From Candidatus Shapirobacteria bacterium (GTDB taxonomy: Bacteria; Patescibacteriota; Microgenomatia; UM-FILTER-40-11): DNA of 64,000 nucleotides. The translations under genes and the position numbers were made by a program. The first letter of the stretch is position 1; every line of letters starts with the position of its first letter. The notes under the pieces are model-generated. The model did not search any database, was not told the origin of the DNA, and saw only the letters and a program-made list of their open reading frames with translations. Shown here one piece after another: positions 16,550 through 26,722 of the stretch. The stretch covers positions 26,932-90,931 of the forward strand of contig JAGVBK010000004.1 in NCBI GenBank assembly GCA_020059745.1. The letters run 5' to 3'.

Positions 16550-18775
16550 ATGCCCGCAAAAAGAAAAAAAGGACGAAGAACAAAAAGAAAAACCAAATCC
16601 TTGTCTTTTTTAAAATCAGTAAGAATAAAACGCGCTTTAATCTTTGGATTTATTTGCCTCATTTTAATTTACTTTTCCATCCTTAAAGACCTGCCTTCTC
16701 CGACAAAGCTTTCCTCTCCCGACAGCTTTCCTGTTTCCACTAAAATTTTTGACCGCAATGGCAAGCTTCTTTATGACATCTATGTGGAAAAGAACCGCAC
16801 CCCGATTACACTTACCGATCTTCCTGACTATGTAAAATATGCTACCATCGCCAGCGAAGACAAAAATTTTTACAAACATAAAGGTTTCGCTATTACCGGT
16901 ATTATCCGAGCCGGTTTTAACACTGTTTTCAGGCGCAAACTTCAGGGAGGTTCCACAATCAGCCAGCAGCTGGTTAAAAACACTCTTTTAACCCAGGAAA
17001 GAACCCTAAGAAGAAAAGTCCGCGAAGCTCTGCTTACCATTGCAGTTGAAATTATCTATCCTAAGGAAAAAATTCTTGAGATGTATCTAAATCAGATTCC
17101 TTATGGCGGCACTGCATACGGCATCGCCTCAGCCAGCCAAATGTATTTTGGGAAAACCCCGGAAGACCTGAGCCTGGCTGAAACAGCGCTTTTGGCAGGG
17201 CTGCCCGCCTCACCAACCCGCTATTCACCTTTTGGCGCCCAGCCAGAACTGGCAAAAAAAAGGCAGGAATATGTTTTAGACGAAATGGCTAAAAATAACT
17301 TCATTTCAGAAGAAGAAGCCGAAAAAGCCAAAGAAGAAGAGCTTGCCTACGCTGAACACGGCAAAGGCATAAAAGCACCTCATTTTGTGATGTATGTCAA
17401 AGATCTTTTAGTTGAAAAATACGGGCAGAAAATGGTTGATCAAGGAGGCTTAAGAGTCCACACTACTTTGGATCTTGAAATCCAAGAGCTTGCCCAGGAA
17501 GCAGTTGCCACTGAAGTGGCTAAACTTAAAAGAGAAAAAGTCTCAAACGGTGCCGCTTTGGTCACTAACCCCCAAACAGGAGAAATTTTGGCAATGGTTG
17601 GGTCAAAGGACTATTTTGCCAAAGACATTGACGGCAATTTTAATGTCACCACCGCCCTAAGGCAACCCGGTTCTTCCATAAAACCACTAAACTATGCCCT
17701 GGCAATTGAAAGAAAAATCATTACCCCGGCAACCGTGATTCTTGATATTCCTACTTGCTTTAAAAATACCGGCTCAAAAGCTTACTGCCCTGACAACTAT
17801 GACAATAGTTTCCATGGCGTTACCCAAATCCGCTTTGCCTTAGGAAATTCTTACAATATTCCTGCGGTCAAAGTTCTTGCCTTAAACGGACTTGAAAACT
17901 TCATTGCCAGCGCCTCAGCCATGGGCATTACTACTTTTAAGGAGCCGAAAGATTACGGCCTTTCTTTAACTTTAGGCGGAGGTGAGGTAAAGATGACAGA
18001 TTTAGCTTCAGCTTTTGGAGTTTTGGCCAATCAGGGAAAAAAGCAGCCTCTTTATGCAATTCAAAAAGTAGAAGATCACACCGAAAAGGTGCTTGAAGAA
18101 AAAAAAGCCGAAGAAGGAGAACAAATTCTTTCTCCGGAAACCGCCTACCTTATTTCCCACATTCTTTTAGACAATAATGCCAGGCAACCAATGTTTGGAG
18201 CTTCTTCATATCTAGTGGTAAGAAATCATCCTGAAGTTTCCGTAAAAACAGGGACTACTAATGACAAAAAAGACAACTGGACTATTGGCTATACCCCCTC
18301 GACCCTAGTGGCAGTTTGGGTCGGCAACAATAACAACTCTTCCATGAGCTATGTAGCCTCAGGTGTAACCGGCGCTTCCCCGATCTGGAACAAAATTACA
18401 AGAGCAGTATTGGAAATCAAAGACAAGGAAAACGGTAAAACCACTCAGGAATGGCCGGTTAAGCCAAATGGCATTATCGGCACCTCGATATGCAGTATAA
18501 GCGGCCTTCTTCCCGGCGACTCGGGCTGCACTACCAGATATGAATATTTTATTGAGGGTACAGTTCCCACTGAAACCGAGTCCTTAAGAAAGCAGATTTT
18601 AATTGACAAAACTAACGGCTCTCCTGTTCAGCCAGGGCAAAATATACCGCCGGAGAATATAGAACCCCAAGAGCATCCGGCAATTGTCGACCTTACTGGC
18701 TCAATTTTTTGCTTGGATTGCCCGATGGCCACCAGTTCAGCCTGGTTTGACGCCAAAAATCTAAAGCTTCCTTAA
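16550..18775 (+). CDS. penicillin-binding protein 1A (bifunctional glycosyltransferase/transpeptidase), paralog 1
   Basis: GT51 motifs (ASEDKNFYKHKGF, GGSTISQQLVKN, RKVREA). Transpeptidase motifs SSIKP (SxxK), SYN (SxN) and KTGTT. Confidence 0.92.
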   Translation: MPAKRKKGRRTKRKTKSLSFLKSVRIKRALIFGFICLILIYFSILKDLPSPTKLSSPDSFPVSTKIFDRNGKLLYDIYVEKNRTPITLTDLPDYVKYATIASEDKNFYKHKGFAITGIIRAGFNTVFRRKLQGGSTISQQLVKNTLLTQERTLRRKVREALLTIAVEIIYPKEKILEMYLNQIPYGGTAYGIASASQMYFGKTPEDLSLAETALLAGLPASPTRYSPFGAQPELAKKRQEYVLDEMAKNNFISEEEAEKAKEEELAYAEHGKGIKAPHFVMYVKDLLVEKYGQKMVDQGGLRVHTTLDLEIQELAQEAVATEVAKLKREKVSNGAALVTNPQTGEILAMVGSKDYFAKDIDGNFNVTTALRQPGSSIKPLNYALAIERKIITPATVILDIPTCFKNTGSKAYCPDNYDNSFHGVTQIRFALGNSYNIPAVKVLALNGLENFIASASAMGITTFKEPKDYGLSLTLGGGEVKMTDLASAFGVLANQGKKQPLYAIQKVEDHTEKVLEEKKAEEGEQILSPETAYLISHILLDNNARQPMFGASSYLVVRNHPEVSVKTGTTNDKKDNWTIGYTPSTLVAVWVGNNNNSSMSYVASGVTGASPIWNKITRAVLEIKDKENGKTTQEWPVKPNGIIGTSICSISGLLPGDSGCTTRYEYFIEGTVPTETESLRKQILIDKTNGSPVQPGQNIPPENIEPQEHPAIVDLTGSIFCLDCPMATSSAWFDAKNLKLP
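17541..17685 (+). repeat. near-identical 145-bp tract shared with the paralogous PBP1A gene (gene-conversion patch)
   Basis: 17541..17685 and 20170..20314 differ at 2 of 145 positions, while the flanking coding sequence is far more diverged. A second, roughly 88% identical patch lies at 18272-18400 and 20895-21023. Confidence 0.8.
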
Positions 18776-18836
18776 ATAATAAAAAGATCTATTTTGATAT
18801 CTTCTTTTTTCGGCCTTTAGCGTTTAAAATAAGGCT

Positions 18837-21242
18837 ATGACTGAGAGGACAGGCAAAGTCAGGCAGAGAAAAAAGGTTAAAAAGCTCTCTTCTGAGGGTA
18901 AAATTCTCTACCAAAAACCCTCAAAAAAACAGGTAATAATTACCACGCCGCTAAGACAAATCGGAAAACCTATATTTAGGGGTTTTCTTTTTTTAGGCTA
19001 CGGCTTTCTTTTACTTATCTCCTTTGTCAAAAAAACACTCGGCTTACTGTCGCAGATTAAAAATAATGTAGAGAAAATTTCTTTACCAAAACCAAACTTA
19101 CCTTCTTTTTCTTTTCCCAAAATAAATCTCCCCCGCCTTTTTCTGCCTAAAATCACTCTCCCAAGACTAACAATTTCTAAAAGCAAGGAAGAGAAGTCGG
19201 TAAAAAAAGAGGCTCTTCAAAAAATCAAAGCAAGCTTTGTGGTTAAGGTCACTTCTTTTACTCTCGGTTCTTTTTTTGCCATGTTTTTAATCTTTTACTT
19301 TTCTTTCGTGGTTTTAAAAGATCTTCCTTCGCCTGAAAAACTAGCCAAAAGAGACCAAAACATGACTACCAAGATTTTTGACCGCAACGGCAAGCTTCTT
19401 TATAAAATTTATCAGGAAAAAAATCGTACCCCTATTTCTTTACAAAAACTGCCAACCCACCTTATTCAGGCCACAATTTCCATTGAAGATAAGGATTTTT
19501 ATCATCACCAAGGACTTTCTTTCCGCGGCATTGTAAGAGCTGCTTACAAAAACATTTTTAAAGGAGGCAAAACCGGCGGCTCCACCATTACCCAGCAACT
19601 GATTAAAAACGCTCTCCTTTCTCCAGAAAAAACCTGGGAAAGAAAAATCAAAGAAGCGGTGCTTGCTTTGTTGGTGGAAAAGAAATACTCAAAAGACCAG
19701 ATTCTTGAGATGTATTTTAATGAGGTTGGTTACGGCGGTTCGGCTTACGGAATCGAGGAGGCTGCGCAAAAATACTTTAATAAGCACGCCAGTGAACTTA
19801 GCTTGGCTGAAGCAGCGCTCCTGGCAGGACTACCGGCTTCACCAACCCAGTTTTCCCCTTTAGGTAATAATCCTCATTTAGCCAAAGAAAGACAGGCTTT
19901 GGTGTTAAGAAGAATGGTCGAAGACGGATATATCACTGAAAAACAAAGAGAGGAAACGCTTAAGCAGGAAATAATCCTGGCCCCGCAGATAACTGAAATT
20001 TATGCTCCTCACTTTGTCATGTATGTTAAAGATTTTTTGATTGAAAAATACGGCGAAAAAATGGTCGAGCAGGGCGGGCTTGAGGTAAAAACCAGTTTAG
20101 ATCTTGACCTGCAGGAAAAAGTCCAGGAAATTGTGGCAGAGGAAATAAATAAATTAGGCCACTTTAACATCTCAAACGGTGCCGCTTTGGTCACTAACCC
20201 CCAAACAGGAGAAATTTTGGCCATGGTTGGGTCAAAAGACTATTTTGCCAAAGACATTGACGGCAATTTTAATGTCACCACCGCCCTAAGGCAACCCGGT
20301 TCTTCCATAAAACCGATTAATTATTCCATTGCTTTAGAAAACGGTTTCACTCCTGCAACCTTAATTGACGACACTCCTATTACCTATAAAATTCCCGGGC
20401 AGCCGCCTTATTCTCCAAAAAACTATGACAACCGCTTTCATGGTAAAGTTACTCTAAGAACCGCCTTAGGCTCTTCCTATAATGTCCCTGCTGTTAAAAT
20501 TCTGGCTTCTTTTGGAGTTAAAAGAATGGTGGAAAGAGGCAAAGAAATGGGAATTACCACCTGGGAAGACTCAAGCCGGTTCGGCCTTTCTTTAACTTTA
20601 GGTGGAGGCGAGGTAAAAATGACGGATTTAGCAGTTGCCTACGGCGTTTTTGCCAATAACGGCATCAGGGTGGATATTAACCCAGTGCTTGAAATTAAAA
20701 ACAGTGAAGGGAAAATTATTGAAAAAAATTATCAAGGTAAAGAGACTCCGGTTTTAAGCCCAAGCATTGCTTTTCTGATTAACGACATTCTTTCTGACAA
20801 CCAGGCCCGCTCCCCTGCTTTTGGCTTTAGCTCTGTTTTAAATATTCCCGACAGAAAAGTAGCAGTTAAAACCGGCACCACCCAAAACATGAGAGACAAC
20901 TGGACTATTGGCTATACCCCCTCAACCCTAGTGGCAGTCTGGGTTGGCAACAACGATAACTCTCCCATGAGCTATGTTGCCTCGGGCATAACCGGCGCTT
21001 CCCCGATTTGGAGAAAAATTACAGACACCTTACTTAGAAACAGGCCGGAAGAAGTCTTTATCAAACCCGAAGAAATTAAAGAAGTAGCCATCTGCCAATT
21101 AACCGGAACTCTTTTTTGTGAAGGCTGTCCCTCGCCTAAGAAAGAATATTTCGTTGCGGGTACCGAGCCTAAGTTTTCCTGCAATGAAGAAATTCTTAGA
21201 AACTCAACCGCTACCGCAGAAATAAACCTGCAGCGCCGTTAA
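18837..21242 (+). CDS. penicillin-binding protein 1A, paralog 2 (long N-terminal extension with LPK repeats)
   Basis: Same GT51 and transpeptidase motifs (SIEDKDFYHHQG, GGSTITQQLIKN, SSIKP, KTGTT). The N-terminal region carries the repeat LPKPNLPSFSFPKINLPRLFLPKITLPRL before the TM. Confidence 0.92.
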   Translation: MTERTGKVRQRKKVKKLSSEGKILYQKPSKKQVIITTPLRQIGKPIFRGFLFLGYGFLLLISFVKKTLGLLSQIKNNVEKISLPKPNLPSFSFPKINLPRLFLPKITLPRLTISKSKEEKSVKKEALQKIKASFVVKVTSFTLGSFFAMFLIFYFSFVVLKDLPSPEKLAKRDQNMTTKIFDRNGKLLYKIYQEKNRTPISLQKLPTHLIQATISIEDKDFYHHQGLSFRGIVRAAYKNIFKGGKTGGSTITQQLIKNALLSPEKTWERKIKEAVLALLVEKKYSKDQILEMYFNEVGYGGSAYGIEEAAQKYFNKHASELSLAEAALLAGLPASPTQFSPLGNNPHLAKERQALVLRRMVEDGYITEKQREETLKQEIILAPQITEIYAPHFVMYVKDFLIEKYGEKMVEQGGLEVKTSLDLDLQEKVQEIVAEEINKLGHFNISNGAALVTNPQTGEILAMVGSKDYFAKDIDGNFNVTTALRQPGSSIKPINYSIALENGFTPATLIDDTPITYKIPGQPPYSPKNYDNRFHGKVTLRTALGSSYNVPAVKILASFGVKRMVERGKEMGITTWEDSSRFGLSLTLGGGEVKMTDLAVAYGVFANNGIRVDINPVLEIKNSEGKIIEKNYQGKETPVLSPSIAFLINDILSDNQARSPAFGFSSVLNIPDRKVAVKTGTTQNMRDNWTIGYTPSTLVAVWVGNNDNSPMSYVASGITGASPIWRKITDTLLRNRPEEVFIKPEEIKEVAICQLTGTLFCEGCPSPKKEYFVAGTEPKFSCNEEILRNSTATAEINLQRR
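20170..20314 (+). repeat. partner of the 145-bp near-identical PBP1A tract
   Basis: See 17541..17685. Confidence 0.8.
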
Positions 21243-21243
21243 T

Positions 21244-22209
21244 TCACTGCGAAAGCTCGTAAATTTTGGCGGAAATTTCAGGAAGGGCTTTTTTTGCTTC
21301 TATCTCATTAACATCCTCTGAAAGAATCACCAAAATAAAGGGGTTATCGCTAAAAATAATTCCGGCATCAGATATCACCCTAAGTTCGGTGCCGATTTTG
21401 TGAGAAACCTTTATTCCTTCAGGAATTCCGGCAGGGATCCGGTCTTCCCAAATAGTATCTGTTAGAACAGATAATATTTCCTCCTTGCTTTTGTCAGTCA
21501 AAACCTTTCCCCGGTAAAGCCTTTCAAAAAAGAAGCCAATATCCTCAGGGGTTGTTTCGTTTTCTTTAAAAGAAGTGCTTCTCATTCCCAAAGCCTCAAT
21601 AGTTGCCTCTATTTTTTCTTTTCCTAAAAGCCTGGTAATAATGGTGTAGGCAGTATTGTCTGATTGTTTACCCATAAGTTCTGCCAATTCCCGATAGGTA
21701 ACTTGGTAACCGGTTGGTTTATTGCCAAGAGAGCCGGCCCCACCGGTTCTGTCGCTATCTTTTAAGCTATAAACTGTATCTAAATCCACCCTGCCGGCAT
21801 CTGCCTCACGATACAAAGTCAGCATAACCGGCAGTTTGATTAAGGAAGCGGCCGTAAAAACTTCCTTGCCGTTTATACTAAAAGATTCATTTGTTCCTAA
21901 GCTCTGAAAATAGACTCCGTAAACACCCCGTAAGGGAGAAAGCATTTCCTCAACGCTTTTTTTAAGACCGGAAAACTTGGGCGTTGGTGTTGCGGAAGGA
22001 AGTTGGTTAAATTGCTGGGAAACTACGGTAGCTGAACCCCCCATTTCTTTAAAAAACCTCGGTACTTCCCGATAGGCAATAGCAAGAACTGTCAAAAGAA
22101 CGGTTAAACCAAACAAAAAAAGAACGGTAAACCTTATTTTTTTCTTGTCTTCCGAAGATTTTTCCTGATGAAAATCTTTTAAGAGGCTGTTTTTGACTTT
22201 CTCGGCCAT
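21244..22209 (-). CDS. class A beta-lactamase-related serine hydrolase, membrane-anchored
   Basis: SLIK (SxxK), SDN and KIG (KTG-like) motifs in the correct order, with an N-terminal TM. Confidence 0.75.
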   Translation of the reverse strand: MAEKVKNSLLKDFHQEKSSEDKKKIRFTVLFLFGLTVLLTVLAIAYREVPRFFKEMGGSATVVSQQFNQLPSATPTPKFSGLKKSVEEMLSPLRGVYGVYFQSLGTNESFSINGKEVFTAASLIKLPVMLTLYREADAGRVDLDTVYSLKDSDRTGGAGSLGNKPTGYQVTYRELAELMGKQSDNTAYTIITRLLGKEKIEATIEALGMRSTSFKENETTPEDIGFFFERLYRGKVLTDKSKEEILSVLTDTIWEDRIPAGIPEGIKVSHKIGTELRVISDAGIIFSDNPFILVILSEDVNEIEAKKALPEISAKIYELSQ

Positions 22210-22239
22210 ATCAATATTGTCGCCGTTTTCGTTAAAAAA

Positions 22240-23217
22240 TCAATGATTAAATACTTTCTCTATTTGAAGCTCTCCTTTGGGCCAACGACTAAGTTCGCTT
22301 TCCAAAAGAATTCCTTTTTTGGCGCCAACCCGGCTTACCACACTAGTGGCGTTTGCAGAAGCAAGATGCAAACACTCTTCCGTGCTTTTTCCTTTTATGA
22401 ACCCGGTGACGAGCCCTGAACCAAAACTATCTCCGGCTCCTGTTGTTTCTTTTCTCGGCGATTTTTCGTAAATGCCGGCATGCCACCAGGTCGCTTTTTC
22501 TCTTTCCCAAACATAAGAACCTCTCCTGTCGTCGGTTACCACAATAAACTGGCAAGGCAGTTTTTGGGCCATTTCCAATAGTCCTTTTATTTCCTTAGGC
22601 TTGCCTTCGTTAAGTAATTCCTCCATTTCCTCTTTATTGACATTAAGCTGGGTAATATTGGGCAACAGGGAAAGGAGTGTTTCTTTTTGACTAAGTTCCC
22701 GGCTTCCCGGGTTCCAAGCAATTTTTGCCTGGGGAAAACGGGAAATTATTTCTTCTACAATTTCAAGGTTGCCTTCAAGCGAAGAAAGGTAAAACCACTT
22801 TGTTTCCAGTTTTTCCCAAGGAACATCTTTTTTCTCAAGTCTGGTTTTGCCTCGATAGATTAAAATGGTTCTGCCTCCGTCTTCGGCCCAAAGAACGGTT
22901 GAGTAATCGGTGTGGCTATTTTGGACATTAAGAAAAGAAGTTTCTACTCCTTCTTTCTTTAAATCAGCAGTAATTTTTTCTCCGGCAAAATCATCTCCTA
23001 TTTGCACAATTGAAGCCGCTTTAAGCCCCTGCCTGGCAAAGGTCACTGCCGAGTTGGTACCTCCACCGCCTGATTCGAAATATATTTCATTGACCTCTAT
23101 TTTTGCTCCATAGCGAACACATATGTCTTTTTCTCCGTTTTGGGTTTCCACATCCAAACCGGTTGACCTTAAAAAAACATCTAAAGTGGCTGTTCCAAAG
23201 GAAATCACATCAAACAT
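22240..23217 (-). CDS. PfkB-family carbohydrate kinase
   Basis: ORF track 22240..23259. ATG 23217 (MFDVISFGTATLDVF) avoids overlap with the upstream aldolase. It has the GG dipeptide region (ESGGGGTN) and the C-terminal TGAGDSFGSG motif. Confidence 0.85.
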   Translation of the reverse strand: MFDVISFGTATLDVFLRSTGLDVETQNGEKDICVRYGAKIEVNEIYFESGGGGTNSAVTFARQGLKAASIVQIGDDFAGEKITADLKKEGVETSFLNVQNSHTDYSTVLWAEDGGRTILIYRGKTRLEKKDVPWEKLETKWFYLSSLEGNLEIVEEIISRFPQAKIAWNPGSRELSQKETLLSLLPNITQLNVNKEEMEELLNEGKPKEIKGLLEMAQKLPCQFIVVTDDRRGSYVWEREKATWWHAGIYEKSPRKETTGAGDSFGSGLVTGFIKGKSTEECLHLASANATSVVSRVGAKKGILLESELSRWPKGELQIEKVFNH

Positions 23218-23974
23218 TTTTCTGTCCCCAAATAATTTCCGACAAGCTGCGGCTAACAAGCAACGGCTCCTTAGACTGCCAGATGTTTCTGCCTACGGCA
23301 AAACCAATTGCTCCGGCAGCCATAATTTCTTTGGCTTTAACCAAAAAGTCTTCTTCCGCCTCTTTAGAACCGCCCATGGCAACCACTTTTGTCTTTCCCG
23401 CACTTTCCACTACCCAGCGAAAGCTTTCAAGGCTGTCAGTATAACGGACCTTGACAATGTCTGCCCCAAGCTCCAAGCCTGCCCTTGCTGCATAGGCAAT
23501 CACCTTGGGGTCTGATTCACTGTTAACATTTCTTCCCCGGGGATACATCCAAGCAATAACAGGCAAGTCCCTGTCGTGAGCCTCTTCCTGGATTTTTCCG
23601 AATTCTGCAGTCATAAAAGATTCAAACTCAGAACCAAGATAAATGGTGTAGCCAACAGCCGAAGCGCCTAGGTCCAACGCTTCTTTTATCGAACAAATCT
23701 GCGGGGAATACGGATCTTCGTCTTTGACAAGATTTGTTTTGCCGTTAAGTTTTACAATTAAAGGAATCTTGTTTCTTTTTTTGTCGTAGTATTTTTCCGC
23801 CACCCCTTTTTGAAAAATTATCCCAGTAAAACAACCTTTTTCTGCAATCTCAAGAATTCTTGCCGGATTGACATTTGAGTCATTAAAATCAGTGGGGCCG
23901 TGCTCAATTCCCTGATCATAAGCCAGAAAAAGAGCCTTCCCCTGTCTGGTAATTTTTTCAAGATTTACTGTCAT
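23210..23974 (-). CDS. class I fructose-bisphosphate aldolase, archaeal/DhnA type (DeoC/LacD superfamily)
   Basis: 254 aa. AYDQGIEHGP, KLNGKTNL and VKVRYTD resemble the FbaB/DhnA family. Confidence 0.75.
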   Translation of the reverse strand: MTVNLEKITRQGKALFLAYDQGIEHGPTDFNDSNVNPARILEIAEKGCFTGIIFQKGVAEKYYDKKRNKIPLIVKLNGKTNLVKDEDPYSPQICSIKEALDLGASAVGYTIYLGSEFESFMTAEFGKIQEEAHDRDLPVIAWMYPRGRNVNSESDPKVIAYAARAGLELGADIVKVRYTDSLESFRWVVESAGKTKVVAMGGSKEAEEDFLVKAKEIMAAGAIGFAVGRNIWQSKEPLLVSRSLSEIIWGQKNV

Positions 23975-23975
23975 T

Positions 23976-24935
23976 CTAAAAAACCAAGTTTAAGGGTTTT
24001 CTGCCGTTTAAGGCTTCAACAATGTTTTTAGCTGCCATAATGGCCATCTCGTCTCTTACCGTGCGCACTGAAGAAGCAATATGGGGAGTTAAAACCACAT
24101 TCGGCAAACCACAAAGTTCCGGGTTAACCGCAGGCTCATATTCGTAAACATCAAGACCGGCGCCTTTGACATGGCCCGAGCGTAAGGCCTCAACCAAAGC
24201 CGCCTCGTCAACCACTTTTCCCCTGGCAGTATTAATAAGGTAAGCCCCTTTTTTCATCATTCTTAATCTTTCGGAATTAATTAAGTACTCGGTTTCTTTT
24301 GTTAAAGGCACATGCAAGCTGACAATATCAGCTTCCCGAAGCAAGTTCTCCAAAGTCATGTATTCAATTCCCAGGTTTTTTTCCGCTTCCAAATCCCGGC
24401 TTCTTTTGTTATAAATTACTCTTAAGCCAAAAGCGCGAGCCATTTTTGCCACTAAAGAGCCGATTTGCCCTAAGCCGATAATACCCAATGTTTTTCCTTC
24501 CAGGTTTTCACCTAAAAAAATCTCTGGCTTCCAACCTCCAAAATGGCCTTTGCGGTTAAACTCATCTCCTTCTACAATTCTTTTTAAAACCGTAAAAATT
24601 AAAGCGATTGTAAACTCCGCCACTGCCCGAGCGGAAAGATCGCTCGGAGTATTTGTAACCAAAATCCCTCGTTTTTTAGCAACTTCAATATCAATATTGT
24701 CAAAGCCAACGCCAAAATTGGCAATGATTTTGAGATTTTCACCAGCAGCTTCAATTACCCCCTCGGTAATACGGTCTAAAATAAGGCAGTAAAGGCCGTC
24801 AGCGCCTTTGACAAATTCTTTTAGCTCCTGTTCGGTAAAAAGCCTTTCAGTGGGATTGCCAATCACCTCAAAACCAGCGTCTTCTAAAACATCAATTCCC
24901 ACTCTTGGGATTTTGGTGGTAACAACTACTTTCAT
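23976..24935 (-). CDS. D-isomer-specific 2-hydroxyacid dehydrogenase (glyoxylate/hydroxypyruvate reductase or PGDH-like)
   Basis: NAD-binding GIIGLGQIGSLVA and the catalytic region TARGKVVDEAAL...LTPHIAS. Confidence 0.85.
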   Translation of the reverse strand: MKVVVTTKIPRVGIDVLEDAGFEVIGNPTERLFTEQELKEFVKGADGLYCLILDRITEGVIEAAGENLKIIANFGVGFDNIDIEVAKKRGILVTNTPSDLSARAVAEFTIALIFTVLKRIVEGDEFNRKGHFGGWKPEIFLGENLEGKTLGIIGLGQIGSLVAKMARAFGLRVIYNKRSRDLEAEKNLGIEYMTLENLLREADIVSLHVPLTKETEYLINSERLRMMKKGAYLINTARGKVVDEAALVEALRSGHVKGAGLDVYEYEPAVNPELCGLPNVVLTPHIASSVRTVRDEMAIMAAKNIVEALNGRKPLNLVF

Positions 24936-24947
24936 TCTCTTTTGATT

Positions 24948-25853
24948 TTAAAGACTTTTTGCTTCTCTGGCAATATCTTCAGAAGTCAGACCATATCTTT
25001 CAAGAAGTTCACTATAGCTTCTGGCCGACTGGCCAAAGCTGTCGGCAATACCCATCATTTTCAAAGGTACCGGATCTTGTGCCAAAGCTTCCGCTACTGC
25101 AGAACCCAACCCCCCAAAAATTGAATGCTCTTCTACGCTTAAAACTTTTCCAGTTTTTTTAGCTGAGTTTAGTATTGTTTCTCTGTCAAAAGGTTTTAGG
25201 GTGTGCAGGTTAATTACTTCAGCGTCAAGCTGTTCACCTACCTTAAGGCAGTTATAAACCAAAGAGCCGCAGCTTATTATTGTAAGCTTTTTTCCCTTTC
25301 TTAAAACTTCTGCCTTGCCAAAGGAAAATAAATCTTTTTCGTTTGTAAAAACCGGAGTTTCGGCCCGGGAAAGCCTAAGGTAAACCGGCCCCTCGATCTT
25401 GGCGGCGGCAAAAACTGCTTTTTTAACTTGGTTGGCATCTGCCGGGCAAATTATTTTCATTTCCGGCAAAGCCCGCATTAAGGCCAAATCACAAACACTC
25501 TGTGCCGTAGCGCCGTCGCCGTAGTTGCTCAAACCAGCATGAGAACCTACCAATTTAACGTTTGCTTTGTTCTGGCAAACTGATACCCTTATTTGATCAA
25601 AGCACCGGCCCGGTAAAAAAACTGCAAAAGAGGCAGCAAAAGGAATAAACCCCTCCAAGGCCAAACCCACCGACACACCGATTAAGTTTGCCTCAGCCAC
25701 GCCAACATTAAAAAATCTGTTTGTAAATTTTTCGCCAAAAGCTTCAAGCCTAACTGAAGAGCTTAAATCAGCAGTAAGGCCAAAAACTCTTTCGTTTTTT
25801 TCTGCCAGCTCCAGCATGGCTTCGCCAAAAGCATCTCTCATTGATTTTTCCAT
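24948..25853 (-). CDS. transketolase, C-terminal section
   Basis: Pyrimidine-binding and C-terminal domains (NVGVAEANLIGVSVGLA, SHAGLSNYGDGATAQ). It pairs with the N-terminal subunit directly upstream. Confidence 0.9.
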   Translation of the reverse strand: MEKSMRDAFGEAMLELAEKNERVFGLTADLSSSVRLEAFGEKFTNRFFNVGVAEANLIGVSVGLALEGFIPFAASFAVFLPGRCFDQIRVSVCQNKANVKLVGSHAGLSNYGDGATAQSVCDLALMRALPEMKIICPADANQVKKAVFAAAKIEGPVYLRLSRAETPVFTNEKDLFSFGKAEVLRKGKKLTIISCGSLVYNCLKVGEQLDAEVINLHTLKPFDRETILNSAKKTGKVLSVEEHSIFGGLGSAVAEALAQDPVPLKMMGIADSFGQSARSYSELLERYGLTSEDIAREAKSL

Positions 25854-25856
25854 TTT

Positions 25857-26684
25857 TTACCCCTTTACAAGCTCATTAAGAGCACGCTTGCATTCTTCCT
25901 CGCTTAGAGTGCAAGCGTGGTATTTTTCATTTCCTTCCATAAAAGAAACACCCTTCCCCCTTATCGTCCTGGCAATCACTACCCTTGGCTTGTTTCCTTT
26001 ATTGTTAAAGTTGCTAAGACTGGTGAGCAGCCTTCTGAAATCATGGCCGTCAGTTTGGTAAACATCCCAGCCTGAAGCATGGTATTTTTCCGCCAAAGGC
26101 TCAAGGTTTAAAACTTCAGTTGTCATGCCGCCAACCTGCATACAGTTTTGGTCAATAATTAAATTAAGGTTTCCTAAAGAGTGGTGGCCGGCAAACATAA
26201 CTGCCTCCCAATGAGAGCCTTCGTTTTGCTCTCCGTCAGAAGATAAAACAACAACTTTTTCTTTGGCTTTTTTGCTTTTTAGAGCCAAAGCCATACCTGC
26301 CCCCACAGAAAGACCTTGGCCCAAAGAACCGGTTGATGTTTCCACAAAATCAGCATGAACTTTTGAAGGATGCCCCTGAAGAGAGCTGTCCAGACTTCTT
26401 AGGTTTAAAAGCAAATCTTCGTTAAAAACTCCCATTTCTGCCAAAACAGCATAATAAGCAGGAGCAACATGGCCGTAGGAAAGAATAAAACGATCTCTTT
26501 TTTCAGCTTTTGGATTCCGGTGATCAAACTTTAAAATGTTACCAAAATAAAGGGAGACAAGAATATCGGTAGCAGAAAGACTTCCTCCCGGGTGGCCTGA
26601 ACCTGCAGCATGAATCATCTCAATTACATGTCTTCTTATCTTAAGGGCAGTTTTCTCAAGTTCAGGGAGAGTCAAAGGAACCAT
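25857..26684 (-). CDS. transketolase, N-terminal (TPP-binding) section
   Basis: GHPGGSLS and GSLGQGLSVGAGMA, plus the SDGEQNEGSHWEA TPP motif. Confidence 0.9.
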   Translation of the reverse strand: MVPLTLPELEKTALKIRRHVIEMIHAAGSGHPGGSLSATDILVSLYFGNILKFDHRNPKAEKRDRFILSYGHVAPAYYAVLAEMGVFNEDLLLNLRSLDSSLQGHPSKVHADFVETSTGSLGQGLSVGAGMALALKSKKAKEKVVVLSSDGEQNEGSHWEAVMFAGHHSLGNLNLIIDQNCMQVGGMTTEVLNLEPLAEKYHASGWDVYQTDGHDFRRLLTSLSNFNNKGNKPRVVIARTIRGKGVSFMEGNEKYHACTLSEEECKRALNELVKG

Positions 26685-26722
26685 TAGCTATATAATACCA
26701 CTTTTGAAGCTGGCTTAACAAC

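Noticed and set aside
23103-23515. Plus-strand ORFs 23103..23444 and 23123..23515 (113 and 130 aa)
   Set aside because: They are antisense to the PfkB kinase and FBP aldolase genes, which have clear family motifs. There is no independent support.
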